From NCBI GenBank assembly GCA_000002435.2, contig CM018790.1: a stretch of 64,000 nucleotides of DNA. One strand, 5' to 3'. Both the position numbers and the translations under genes were made by a program. Source of the DNA: Giardia intestinalis. Its lineage: Eukaryota. How positions within the stretch are numbered: position 1 is the first letter of the stretch; every line of letters begins with the position of its first letter. A model generated the notes under the pieces. The model saw nothing but the letters and a program-made list of their open reading frames with translations. It had not been told where the DNA came from and ran no database searches. Of this stretch, positions 29,506 to 38,215 are shown in pieces.

Positions 29506-31332
29506 TCACTCAGAGGTACCGAAAGATCCCCTCAACTTAGCGTAGGCAAAGTTACAATAGTCGTGGAGGAAAATGAATTGATCTACCGTCTGAACGCAAA
29601 GCGGATTACGCTGTACGCGAAGTATCTCAGTCATTTCAAGAATAGATGGCTTAAAGCTTCGCCAGACCTTTCCTTCTCTTACGTCCTCCTTCTTCACGAA
29701 TTCTTGCCCGGGCTTGAAGTTATTGATGAGCATGTTCGTAATAACGATGCAGATAGCGAAGGTTGAGGAGCGCCCCACGCCAGCGCTACAGTGGATACAC
29801 AAAGGACCCCGATTCTTGTAGCGTAGAGCCTCGACGGAGAACAGAAAGATGATCTCGAAATTATCTGGAATAGAATAGTCTGTCCACAGTCCGTAGTAGT
29901 ATAACTTGCTGTAGTGTACTTCCTTGCTACACTTAATACCTACTTTATATCCGATAAATTGATCTCTGTAGCGCTTCATCGCAACGCAGCCCAGAGTGAT
30001 TTGCTGGTTAATCGTAGTAGTCCGCGAAGCCCCGTCGGGCTGGCTATTTCCTTTCTCTGAAGAGGCAAGCTTTGTACTCCCGGCACGTAGAGGCGAAGAG
30101 AGCAAGTTCACATTTCCGCCGGACAAATTGGTAGAAAGAGGGTCGTCCCCTTCGTCGTCTTCGACCTCTGCAGCATCTATCGGTTCGCTAGAAAATCCTA
30201 TTGCGTCTGATTTTGCTATTGCATCCTCGCTTATAACAGCGTTGATGTGAAGCTTCATTCGCGTGCAGTTCCAGAATAGAGAGTCCTCCGGAATTTCTTC
30301 TTGGACGGTCTTTATATATGCGATGAATTGCTTGAACATTTGCCCAGCACGGGGGTTGTTTGTATCCTGCGCTTTCTGGTACGCATAATGCATATATGAC
30401 CCTGTGACAGAGTCGGTATAAATCGGGTCGTGCTCCTTGCTCTTGTATAACGGCCAGTAGCGGATGGCCTTGGGTCGCTCATCATCAATGAACCTAGTGA
30501 GGTTGGCAATAAAGACCACCTTTAGACGGAATACTACATACCAGAAGTCAGCCATGGACGCGATTGTGGGCGCCTGAGTGATTAGAAATGTGAAGTTGTT
30601 CAGAGAGACAATGTTCCCATTAAAGTAGCGGATCATTAAGTTGGTTCTTGAAAGCCGTAGGTAGATCTGCTCTGTTTCTTGCTCCTCGGGAGAAAGGGCC
30701 TTTGCTGTGCATGGAGTCGGAGGGATAAGTGACATGTCTTCTGGTTGGCGGGGGCTTCCCAACTGGTTTTGCTTTGGCACCACCATGGGAAAGCCACACG
30801 TACGCAATATTGAAGTGCCGGCGGAAGGGCTCTTGGACTCAGTGTTTGCCTCATTGTCGTTGATGTAGCTAATTGACTGTCGATAAGATGACATGTTTGT
30901 AAAGCTGTTACTATCATCTAAAAACGTCCCATTGCTAGCCAAGGAACTATCCGTGCTTTCGTTGGAGACCGTCGAGCTGTTTATCATAAACTTATCCGTA
31001 TAGAGCGCAATTGGCTGGGTGCGCAGATATGGAAAGATGTTGGTGTAGCGGTTTTTAAGGGGAAACCGCGTTGCTAAAACATTATCATAGCGCTGCTTCA
31101 GTGCTCCGAGTCGCACGTTGGTAAGGGTCGCCATGGATGACTCGTAATATTTGTGGGCGTCTTCTAAGTTGTCATATGGAAGCTTTACAAATGCTTCCGC
31201 CCTAAATAGGCTGGATCTAGAGCGTACCGGTTCAGTGTGTTTTGATGGTTCGGGTACAGATATTGAAAGGGGTTTCATAACCCGGCTGAGTCTTCTGCCT
31301 TTTCCCGAGTCCTGAGTCGCTAGCTCAGTCAT
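29506..31332 (-). CDS. classical-type protein tyrosine phosphatase domain protein (608 aa)
   Basis: The C-terminal catalytic region has IHCSAGVGRSSTF (CX5R P-loop) followed by the VQTVDQFIFLH Q-loop. The N-terminal ~350 aa are low complexity. Start context is caaaaaaagctATGact. Confidence 0.75.
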   Translation of the reverse strand: MTELATQDSGKGRRLSRVMKPLSISVPEPSKHTEPVRSRSSLFRAEAFVKLPYDNLEDAHKYYESSMATLTNVRLGALKQRYDNVLATRFPLKNRYTNIFPYLRTQPIALYTDKFMINSSTVSNESTDSSLASNGTFLDDSNSFTNMSSYRQSISYINDNEANTESKSPSAGTSILRTCGFPMVVPKQNQLGSPRQPEDMSLIPPTPCTAKALSPEEQETEQIYLRLSRTNLMIRYFNGNIVSLNNFTFLITQAPTIASMADFWYVVFRLKVVFIANLTRFIDDERPKAIRYWPLYKSKEHDPIYTDSVTGSYMHYAYQKAQDTNNPRAGQMFKQFIAYIKTVQEEIPEDSLFWNCTRMKLHINAVISEDAIAKSDAIGFSSEPIDAAEVEDDEGDDPLSTNLSGGNVNLLSSPLRAGSTKLASSEKGNSQPDGASRTTTINQQITLGCVAMKRYRDQFIGYKVGIKCSKEVHYSKLYYYGLWTDYSIPDNFEIIFLFSVEALRYKNRGPLCIHCSAGVGRSSTFAICIVITNMLINNFKPGQEFVKKEDVREGKVWRSFKPSILEMTEILRVQRNPLCVQTVDQFIFLHDYCNFAYAKLRGSFGTSE

Positions 31333-31518
31333 AGCTTTTTTTGACTATTGCTAAACATTTTTTGGGAAATACGGTTATAAAAACACCATGATAGTAGGCA
31401 GATAGGGCTAGAAATTCTCGTGTTCTTGGCTACGGTGTTCTTAGAATCGTTGTGGAACTCGCTATATGTAAACTAAACCTTAACAAGGTATTCTATTCAA
31501 AAAAGTACAAACTAATTT

Positions 31519-32504
31519 GAAAGCCCGCGCCCCCCGTGCTCGTGGACGACGGCCAAGGCGGCATGATCGACGTTTCGTCGGTGTTTGCCGTAAGGCCTGT
31601 TTCTACAGCCTACATGACCAGCGACGAGCGCGCCGAGTTACTCTCACAGACAAGCGACGTCCGGGACCAAGCCCTGACAAATCTCATTTCCAAGGGCATG
31701 ACCCTCCACGAGTTTTCGAAGACCATCTACGGCCTGATCAAGGAGCCGGCGCCAAAGCCTCACCCGCCCGAATATACTAAAGCAGTGGAAGACATCGAAA
31801 AGTACAACGCGAAGCACAAAAAAGGAAAGAAAGGAAAACGCTCTAAGAAGGTGGTAGAAGAAGATGATCAGGCTGAAGAGCAGAACTACTTCCTGGAACC
31901 TCGGGTGACTCAGACGAAGCCGTACGATACAGTCACGTGCGACTTTTACTCTGCTCTCCAGAACAACGGTCTTTCACTGCGAACGTTTTGCATAACAGAA
32001 GGCATGCTCGGAGCAGGAAACTTCACCACTCGTGCGTGTGCCGTTCCGTTTTCCCCCGACACTGAAGGTCGGAAGGGAGAACAATTCTGCCCAGCAAGCT
32101 GCTTTGGCTGTGAGAGCCACTCCACTGCACTTCATGTCATTCTCTCAAAGCTTCGGAATCTCGACGCTACCGATCCGTTTGCAATCAGCGCGTCCCTGAA
32201 AGGTTGCTGCTACGATCCTGTCCTAGTTATAATGGTCTTTCGACTGGTGCAGGCACTGCGCTTGGCGTCCTTGGGATGAGCTCTCGCGTGGGTGCAAGCT
32301 AAAAGCTATACATCTACTCTGACCGGCAATTCGATGCGTCGTTTAATAGACAGCAGAATCTTCTGGCCGTCCGGTGCATCTGCCAGTATTACTACAAGGG
32401 GGAGTACACCAAGGTCAAGTAGGCCCGGGCAGTAAATTTGTCGAGATACATGCCTCGGCCGCGCGTCCCCCTGGCGCCCCGCCTCGCAGAGCTCTATGCC
32501 GCAG
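31519..32504. repeat. IR2 right arm (~986 bp), inverted copy of 21923..22908
   Basis: See the left arm. It is inserted immediately after an A-rich tract (caaaaaagtacaaactaatttga) and ends 50 bp from the HCMP stop. Confidence 0.85.
31536..32279 (+). pseudogene. duplicated 3' fragment (C-terminal 247 aa) of the 2423-aa gene; truncated copy, possibly expressible as a stand-alone C-terminal domain
   Basis: 100% amino-acid identity to the C-terminus of 22148..29419. In-frame TGA just upstream, a GTG track start, and the first ATG at MIDVSS. An A-rich promoter-like tract lies directly upstream. Confidence 0.5.
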
Positions 32505-32554
32505 GGACTTCTCGCGTAGGGAAGTGGTGGAAAACCATGGACCATGTTCACATA

Positions 32555-34978
32555 TTAAACCGCGGCACTACCATCGGATCCTTCCTCTAGCTCTGCCAGT
32601 CCCATGGCCTCGTTTGCGTTACGACCGCGGAAGTTTGCATAAGATATGAGTGCTATGGCAGACCTTTCCCGCCTGCCTCGTCGCTTCGTGGGTATATCGA
32701 GAGGATGCTTGGGCTTCTTGTTCTTACAACAGAACCGCCACGAGAGGAACCCAATGAGACCTGCAAGCACGCTGAGGACAAGAACTCCGACGACAATTGG
32801 AACGTAGGGTTGAATGGCTGTTCTTGCTACGTCGGCCTCGCATGCAAAACTGTCCTTTAGTGTGTAACCTGGATAGCATCTACAGACAGGTACTCTCCCA
32901 TTATCCGAGAGACAACGGCCATGTCCACTGCAGACCAGGTTAACGCCACCCGTAGTGGATATGCAGTCTTTGTGGACGCATATGCTATCAACGGTGCTCT
33001 GATAGTTGTCATTGCATGTACAAACGCCCCCTTTGACCACCGTACATCGGCCGTTACCGTTGCACACCGTCCCAAGAGTAAGGCACCCTAGGGGGTAGCA
33101 TACCGTGCCTGACGGCCCCCAGTAGGAATCGCAGATGCAGTAACCCTTATCTCCTTCCTCTTCAACACACCTGCCAGCCCCGTTGCAAACAACGTCTTCA
33201 AAGCCCGGCTCGGAACTGAAGCAATCTTTGACATAGCAGGTTCTGGAGCTTCTGTCCCTTGTGTACCCACTCGAACAATTCTCACACTTTTCCCCGTAGT
33301 GGCCATTCTTACAGACACACTTCTTCTCTGCAGAACATACCCCTCCGCTGTGACAAACAGTTTCTGCCCCGTCCGATTCTTGCGTAATGCACTCCGTTGC
33401 CACACACGGATACACGACGCCTCGGAAGGTGATTGTCTTATATCCAGACTTGCATGTGCAGAAATAGCTATCGCCAGACCTTGTACAGCTTCCGTTGCCT
33501 CCGCATTCCTCGTACTTATTAAAGTCAATGAGGCCAGCACACTCCTTAGGAATGCATCTTCCGGTAAAGAGCTGGACAGCAACATCTTTATCACAAGAGC
33601 AATAAGACTTATTGCCCACTAGATCCATAACGCATGTACCAAACTCATGTCCTCCGCAAACAGTGTCGACGTCGTGACCATTGGCAGACCTTGGGAAGAC
33701 GCACTCCTGTGGAGCACACTGTCTGCCGATTTGCCTGTACTTATTGTCTGTCGTATTTATACATTTGCATATATATCCATTCAGCGCAGTGTTTGGAAGC
33801 TCAGAAACTACACAGGAGGCAACAGTCGGGCCTCCACACACAGACTGGACTGTATGCAAACCGCTTGCTACAGGGACAATGCAGCGCGGGCTGGCACACG
33901 TTCCATTGACTGCAGAGTAGCCAATATCACAAACACACTTTCCATGCACGCATTCACCGACACCACCACAGATCAGAGGATTCTGATCAACGTAATTGAT
34001 GCAGCCTTCTTGGACGCACGTACTCTTAAGGACCCCTGTGATGTCGCGAAGCGTTACTTCGGTAGTGTTGTCTGTGCAGCTACACCTCTTTTCAGAAAGG
34101 GGGGTTCCAGCCTGGCCAAAGCAAGTGCCGAATCCTCCGCACACCTTTGGCTCAGCGAGAGTCGAGTGCACATAGATGCACTTCCTCGGGACACATTGCT
34201 CTCCTGTGCTCACAGCGAGAAAGCCTTCGGAACAAGCACATCCAAACCTCTGCTGCTCCGGTTTGTACACGCAGCCGGCCAGAGCGTCTCCTCCGCAGTA
34301 CACGTTGTCGCGAAGACAATCTTGGTGGATGCATCTCTTATTGAGCAGCGTGAATGGCCCTGAGCAGGCGCATTCGTGGCCACCACCGGCACTCTTCATG
34401 CGACACTCGACGAACGGCGAAAGAGCCCCGCACTCAGAGTATTGCAATTTGCCTCCAACGTACGTCAGAACAGCGCACCCTGTGTGGGTGCAGTAGCCTC
34501 CGTAGCTTTCGGTTTCGTCGGGACACTTACAGCCATAAGAGTTAGTGGTCTCAGTGTATATGCACGACCCTATTCCAGAACATACGTGGCTCAGTCTGTA
34601 TTCCCCAGGAATATGATTGCTTGGCAGGCAATTCACGCTATAGCAGAAACCGCCTATCTTCACAAAGTTCTTGGAACATATGCACGCGTTTGTTGTAGCA
34701 TCCAAAGCGCCAGCTCCTGGGCCACCACAAAATCCTATTGATCTGTGTGCACTTTCATCGGCATACGCAGTCGATAGGACACATGTAGAGACGTAGGTTG
34801 TGAGCAGGCCGCTGCATTGGCAACTCCAGTCGCCGCTTTCCCTCAACAAGCAGCTTTCGCTTCTATTTGTAGCCACATCGTTTGTGACACAATACGTATT
34901 GGGCACTATGCTAGGGCCAGCTAATAAAAATGACGTTACGCTGCATTTACTTCTCCGACGGCGAAAACCCCATTCCAA
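32555..34978 (-). CDS. high-cysteine membrane protein (HCMP; VSP-like EGF/CXXC-rich ectodomain, single TM, cytoplasmic tail)
   Basis: 807 aa. The N-terminus has a basic n-region plus hydrophobic h-region (RRRRSKCSVTSFLLAGPSIV). Dozens of CXXC/CXC motifs and GxC EGF-like spacing. TM helix IVVGVLVLSVLAGLIGFLSW followed by a ~60 aa tail that is not CRGKA. Confidence 0.8.
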   Translation of the reverse strand: MEWGFRRRRSKCSVTSFLLAGPSIVPNTYCVTNDVATNRSESCLLRESGDWSCQCSGLLTTYVSTCVLSTAYADESAHRSIGFCGGPGAGALDATTNACICSKNFVKIGGFCYSVNCLPSNHIPGEYRLSHVCSGIGSCIYTETTNSYGCKCPDETESYGGYCTHTGCAVLTYVGGKLQYSECGALSPFVECRMKSAGGGHECACSGPFTLLNKRCIHQDCLRDNVYCGGDALAGCVYKPEQQRFGCACSEGFLAVSTGEQCVPRKCIYVHSTLAEPKVCGGFGTCFGQAGTPLSEKRCSCTDNTTEVTLRDITGVLKSTCVQEGCINYVDQNPLICGGVGECVHGKCVCDIGYSAVNGTCASPRCIVPVASGLHTVQSVCGGPTVASCVVSELPNTALNGYICKCINTTDNKYRQIGRQCAPQECVFPRSANGHDVDTVCGGHEFGTCVMDLVGNKSYCSCDKDVAVQLFTGRCIPKECAGLIDFNKYEECGGNGSCTRSGDSYFCTCKSGYKTITFRGVVYPCVATECITQESDGAETVCHSGGVCSAEKKCVCKNGHYGEKCENCSSGYTRDRSSRTCYVKDCFSSEPGFEDVVCNGAGRCVEEEGDKGYCICDSYWGPSGTVCYPLGCLTLGTVCNGNGRCTVVKGGVCTCNDNYQSTVDSICVHKDCISTTGGVNLVCSGHGRCLSDNGRVPVCRCYPGYTLKDSFACEADVARTAIQPYVPIVVGVLVLSVLAGLIGFLSWRFCCKNKKPKHPLDIPTKRRGRRERSAIALISYANFRGRNANEAMGLAELEEGSDGSAAV

Positions 34979-35346
34979 GCCGAATTATAATCGAACCGCC
35001 GCTTAAAAGACGTGGAGAACTGCCCACCACATTTCAATGTAGCCTACAAGAACAGACAGGAGGCGACCTCGTTGTTCCTAAATCCTCCGTCACGATGGAC
35101 GGAGATACACTGCTCATCAATGCTCGGGAAAATACCACTCCCGTTGCTTACACCGTGGAGCACATTGGATGGCTAACTCAGGACGCATACGAAGAGCTTC
35201 AGCAAACCGCAGGCCACTGGGACCAGCTTGCCGAGTATAGCAGCGACACGGTCGATCCTGAGGATTCCAACTGTGAAGGAGCACGGGGGAACGACTACCC
35301 TAGCACTCCAACTGATCAAGAAAGTGATATAGAAGAGTGGAGTTAA
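34930..35346 (+). CDS. small acidic hypothetical protein (138 aa), 5' end overlapping HCMP 5' end on opposite strand
   Basis: Genuine ATG in an ideal Giardia context (gctaataaaaATGacg). Acidic protein-like composition. Overlaps 32555..34978 by 49 nt. Confidence 0.3.
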   Translation: MTLRCIYFSDGENPIPSRIIIEPPLKRRGELPTTFQCSLQEQTGGDLVVPKSSVTMDGDTLLINARENTTPVAYTVEHIGWLTQDAYEELQQTAGHWDQLAEYSSDTVDPEDSNCEGARGNDYPSTPTDQESDIEEWS

Positions 35347-35482
35347 AATTATACATTGATATAAAATTATACGTGTGATATTCTGTATGGCGCTCCACTT
35401 ACCTTTCGTCATACGCCGGCCTATACGTTCATTCGCCTCTGTGCGTCTCGCTTAGCTTGCAAGAGATTTTGGATGATAAAAA

Positions 35483-38215
35483 ATGCCAGTGTCGGCTTCT
35501 GTAGCCGGTAGATGTTTGTCTCTTTACGGCGCTCTGATGGACCACCGAGTAGCGTTTAAGGTCCCTCGGCTGCTATACAAGGATTTTCTCTGCGCCCTTT
35601 TGGGTGAACGCCACCAGGACCAGATACTACTCTCTGTCATCGTCTTCCGTGTTCTGCGTAAGGCTGCAATAAAAACTGGCGTCATTGGTGCTCTGACTAC
35701 TTTAGTGCGCTATTATGCCAATACAAACTCACGTGTGATAGCCAATCAGAAGGTTCTGACCAGACTTGAGAAAGCTGACTGGCAGTTTTACAAGCTCCCA
35801 TTTACGGATAGAGCCGAAATACTTGACGCGGTTTTTTCTGCAACACTCGTGATGTGCCGTTCTGGAGACACCGTGGACGCCCAAGGTGCTCTGATTTCCA
35901 GGCAGCCTGCAGGGATTAAGATTTCAAACATGAAGTGCATTGGATACGACGCTCTGTCTGCAGAATACTACATTCTTGGAGGCACAAATTACATCATAAA
36001 AGTCGACTTCACGGATACGAGCCCAAGTGAAGATCTGCCCTCTTCAGATCCCGTAATACACAGGCTTTCTGTCTCTGACACGACTACAACCGCACCACGT
36101 AGCTTTGAGCGTGCAGTCCTTATTGAGCCAATCTCATTTGTTTTGGATGCGCCTCTCCTCCTTTGCGATCCTGACTTCAACATTTCCTTAAAGCACTATA
36201 GGGTGCTAGACGAATCTGTTGATGCATATATCGACCCGCTAACCAACGAAAAGGAGGAGCCAGCGAATAGTGCAGAGGATCCTATTGAGCCCCAATCGCC
36301 TTCTCATGTATCCGAAGGGGCTATAGATTCAGTAAGTCTGCGGTCCAGCGCGTCGAGTGACGACTCCTACTATTCATCAGAAGGAGACGACGATTATCAC
36401 ACAACTGACAGTAGTAGATGGGGCAACTCTGACCCTACTGCTCAGAGGAGCCTTATTTCCAAAATTCCCGGTCAGTACAATCTTGTGTTTAGTAAGTTCC
36501 GTCGGAAACTACTTACCGATCGCTTCTTTTCGTATTATGGACATATTCAAGGAAGATATGTGGAGATCTCCAATAGCACATCACTCCACGGCTTTCTTCT
36601 AAACTTTTATGATTCCATGATTACTAAGGAGCAAATTGAAACATTGGTTACATCTTTTGTTGCCGCGCCTACTGACAATCCTCCCTCGGATATCCCTTGG
36701 GCTCCGTTGGCTCTACGCACTAGCAAATCCATTGCTGACACTTCCGTGGATACTGCTTCCATGCTGCTTGAAGCCTTTGTCCCCCACTCGAGTTCAGCTT
36801 ATCTCGGGCTGATTCAGACTGCCGGCCTCCGTCTTCTTGACCTGGCTGTATCCCCTTTTGCCTCTCATCTCAATGTATTGTCACAGGCCCTGTTCACCTC
36901 AAGTACTATGGAAAGTCTTCTACCAATGCAAGAGGAAAGAGAGTTTTATGCAGAGCTCCGAAACACACAGATGCAAAGCGAGCCTGTGGCCTCTCGCTTT
37001 GCTTACATGGCGCAGTTACCACTCTCATCGCTCTCTGCCACTTGTAGCGCAAAGCAAATATCCACTGCCCATCGGCTAACATCGTTACTATTTGTGGACG
37101 CATTTCCTGAGGAAAGCAACCACTTTGTTCACTATTTGGGTAAAACTCATGAGCACTTGGACGACGAGCAACCAAAGGACCGAAAGCGAAGTGCTGCCTT
37201 AAATTTGGGTCCGGCAGCAAAGATGCGCGAAACTGAACGAATAGAAAGTAGACGTGCATTACTCGAACAACTGAAACACGAATTAAACCCTGAAAGTAGC
37301 AACCTGATATTAAAAATGCTTTCGGAGGTACGCGGCGGTTGGTTCCAGAAAGAGTGCATAGCTGAGGGGAAGGATAAAGATAGTGAGCCAACGCGCAAGC
37401 GCAAGTTGTCGATGGACCAAGGTGCAACTTGCCACTTAGCAGGAGACAAGGAGCCCAATGCTGTCAGCGCCAAGAATCGCATTCCGTCCATTACAGTGTT
37501 TTCGTTTACAAACGAGGCTGAGCTAGATAACTACATTCGCTTTTTAGAAGTTCAAACGTTTCACCACATCCTCTCAGAAATTGTCGCATTTTATGTTTCT
37601 ACGGCAGACAATGACAACATTTATGTACACAGGTCCTTTAGCCAACAGCGTGAAAAGTTTCTCTCTCGCTATAACCCCGTCCTCAACTTGCTAGTTGCGC
37701 TAAACACGGAGTACCGCATGTGTCTGCGAGAGGTGCGCCAGGATTTCACTGCTGCTAAGCAGTCTATGGGCATCCGATTTATGCCAGAGCATGTCGGGTT
37801 TCTCCACAAGTTTCCATACTATTATTGGAACATGCAAACGCTCCCATTACAAGACATTACGTTAGCAAGCTTGTGGTCGTTTATGCGAATATGGGGAATT
37901 TTAGATCCCGCTACTTCAGAGGCCGGGGATAACTTTCTAGATAGTCCAGACGGTCAGCATTGCAACGCCATAATCACGTCTCTCATTCAGGAGCTTGGAA
38001 TTGAAAACCCAGAGTTTCTCAACTCGGCTGAGTCAGACACGTTAGACAGCGAAGAGACGCACAATAGTAATAGTAATGGTGACGAAAGTAGCAAGGAGTC
38101 AGAATACATCCCGACAGACGCCACCAAGCGTCAGCTTAAACGGCTAGCAAAGTCGCAGAAGAAAATGGTCAGCGATAGCAGCTACATGAGTTATGATGGC
38201 GAGTCCAGCTCGTAA
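35483..38215 (+). CDS. hypothetical protein (910 aa)
   Basis: Intact ORF with the start context gatgataaaaaATGcca. No family recognised. Confidence 0.65.
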   Translation: MPVSASVAGRCLSLYGALMDHRVAFKVPRLLYKDFLCALLGERHQDQILLSVIVFRVLRKAAIKTGVIGALTTLVRYYANTNSRVIANQKVLTRLEKADWQFYKLPFTDRAEILDAVFSATLVMCRSGDTVDAQGALISRQPAGIKISNMKCIGYDALSAEYYILGGTNYIIKVDFTDTSPSEDLPSSDPVIHRLSVSDTTTTAPRSFERAVLIEPISFVLDAPLLLCDPDFNISLKHYRVLDESVDAYIDPLTNEKEEPANSAEDPIEPQSPSHVSEGAIDSVSLRSSASSDDSYYSSEGDDDYHTTDSSRWGNSDPTAQRSLISKIPGQYNLVFSKFRRKLLTDRFFSYYGHIQGRYVEISNSTSLHGFLLNFYDSMITKEQIETLVTSFVAAPTDNPPSDIPWAPLALRTSKSIADTSVDTASMLLEAFVPHSSSAYLGLIQTAGLRLLDLAVSPFASHLNVLSQALFTSSTMESLLPMQEEREFYAELRNTQMQSEPVASRFAYMAQLPLSSLSATCSAKQISTAHRLTSLLFVDAFPEESNHFVHYLGKTHEHLDDEQPKDRKRSAALNLGPAAKMRETERIESRRALLEQLKHELNPESSNLILKMLSEVRGGWFQKECIAEGKDKDSEPTRKRKLSMDQGATCHLAGDKEPNAVSAKNRIPSITVFSFTNEAELDNYIRFLEVQTFHHILSEIVAFYVSTADNDNIYVHRSFSQQREKFLSRYNPVLNLLVALNTEYRMCLREVRQDFTAAKQSMGIRFMPEHVGFLHKFPYYYWNMQTLPLQDITLASLWSFMRIWGILDPATSEAGDNFLDSPDGQHCNAIITSLIQELGIENPEFLNSAESDTLDSEETHNSNSNGDESSKESEYIPTDATKRQLKRLAKSQKKMVSDSSYMSYDGESSS

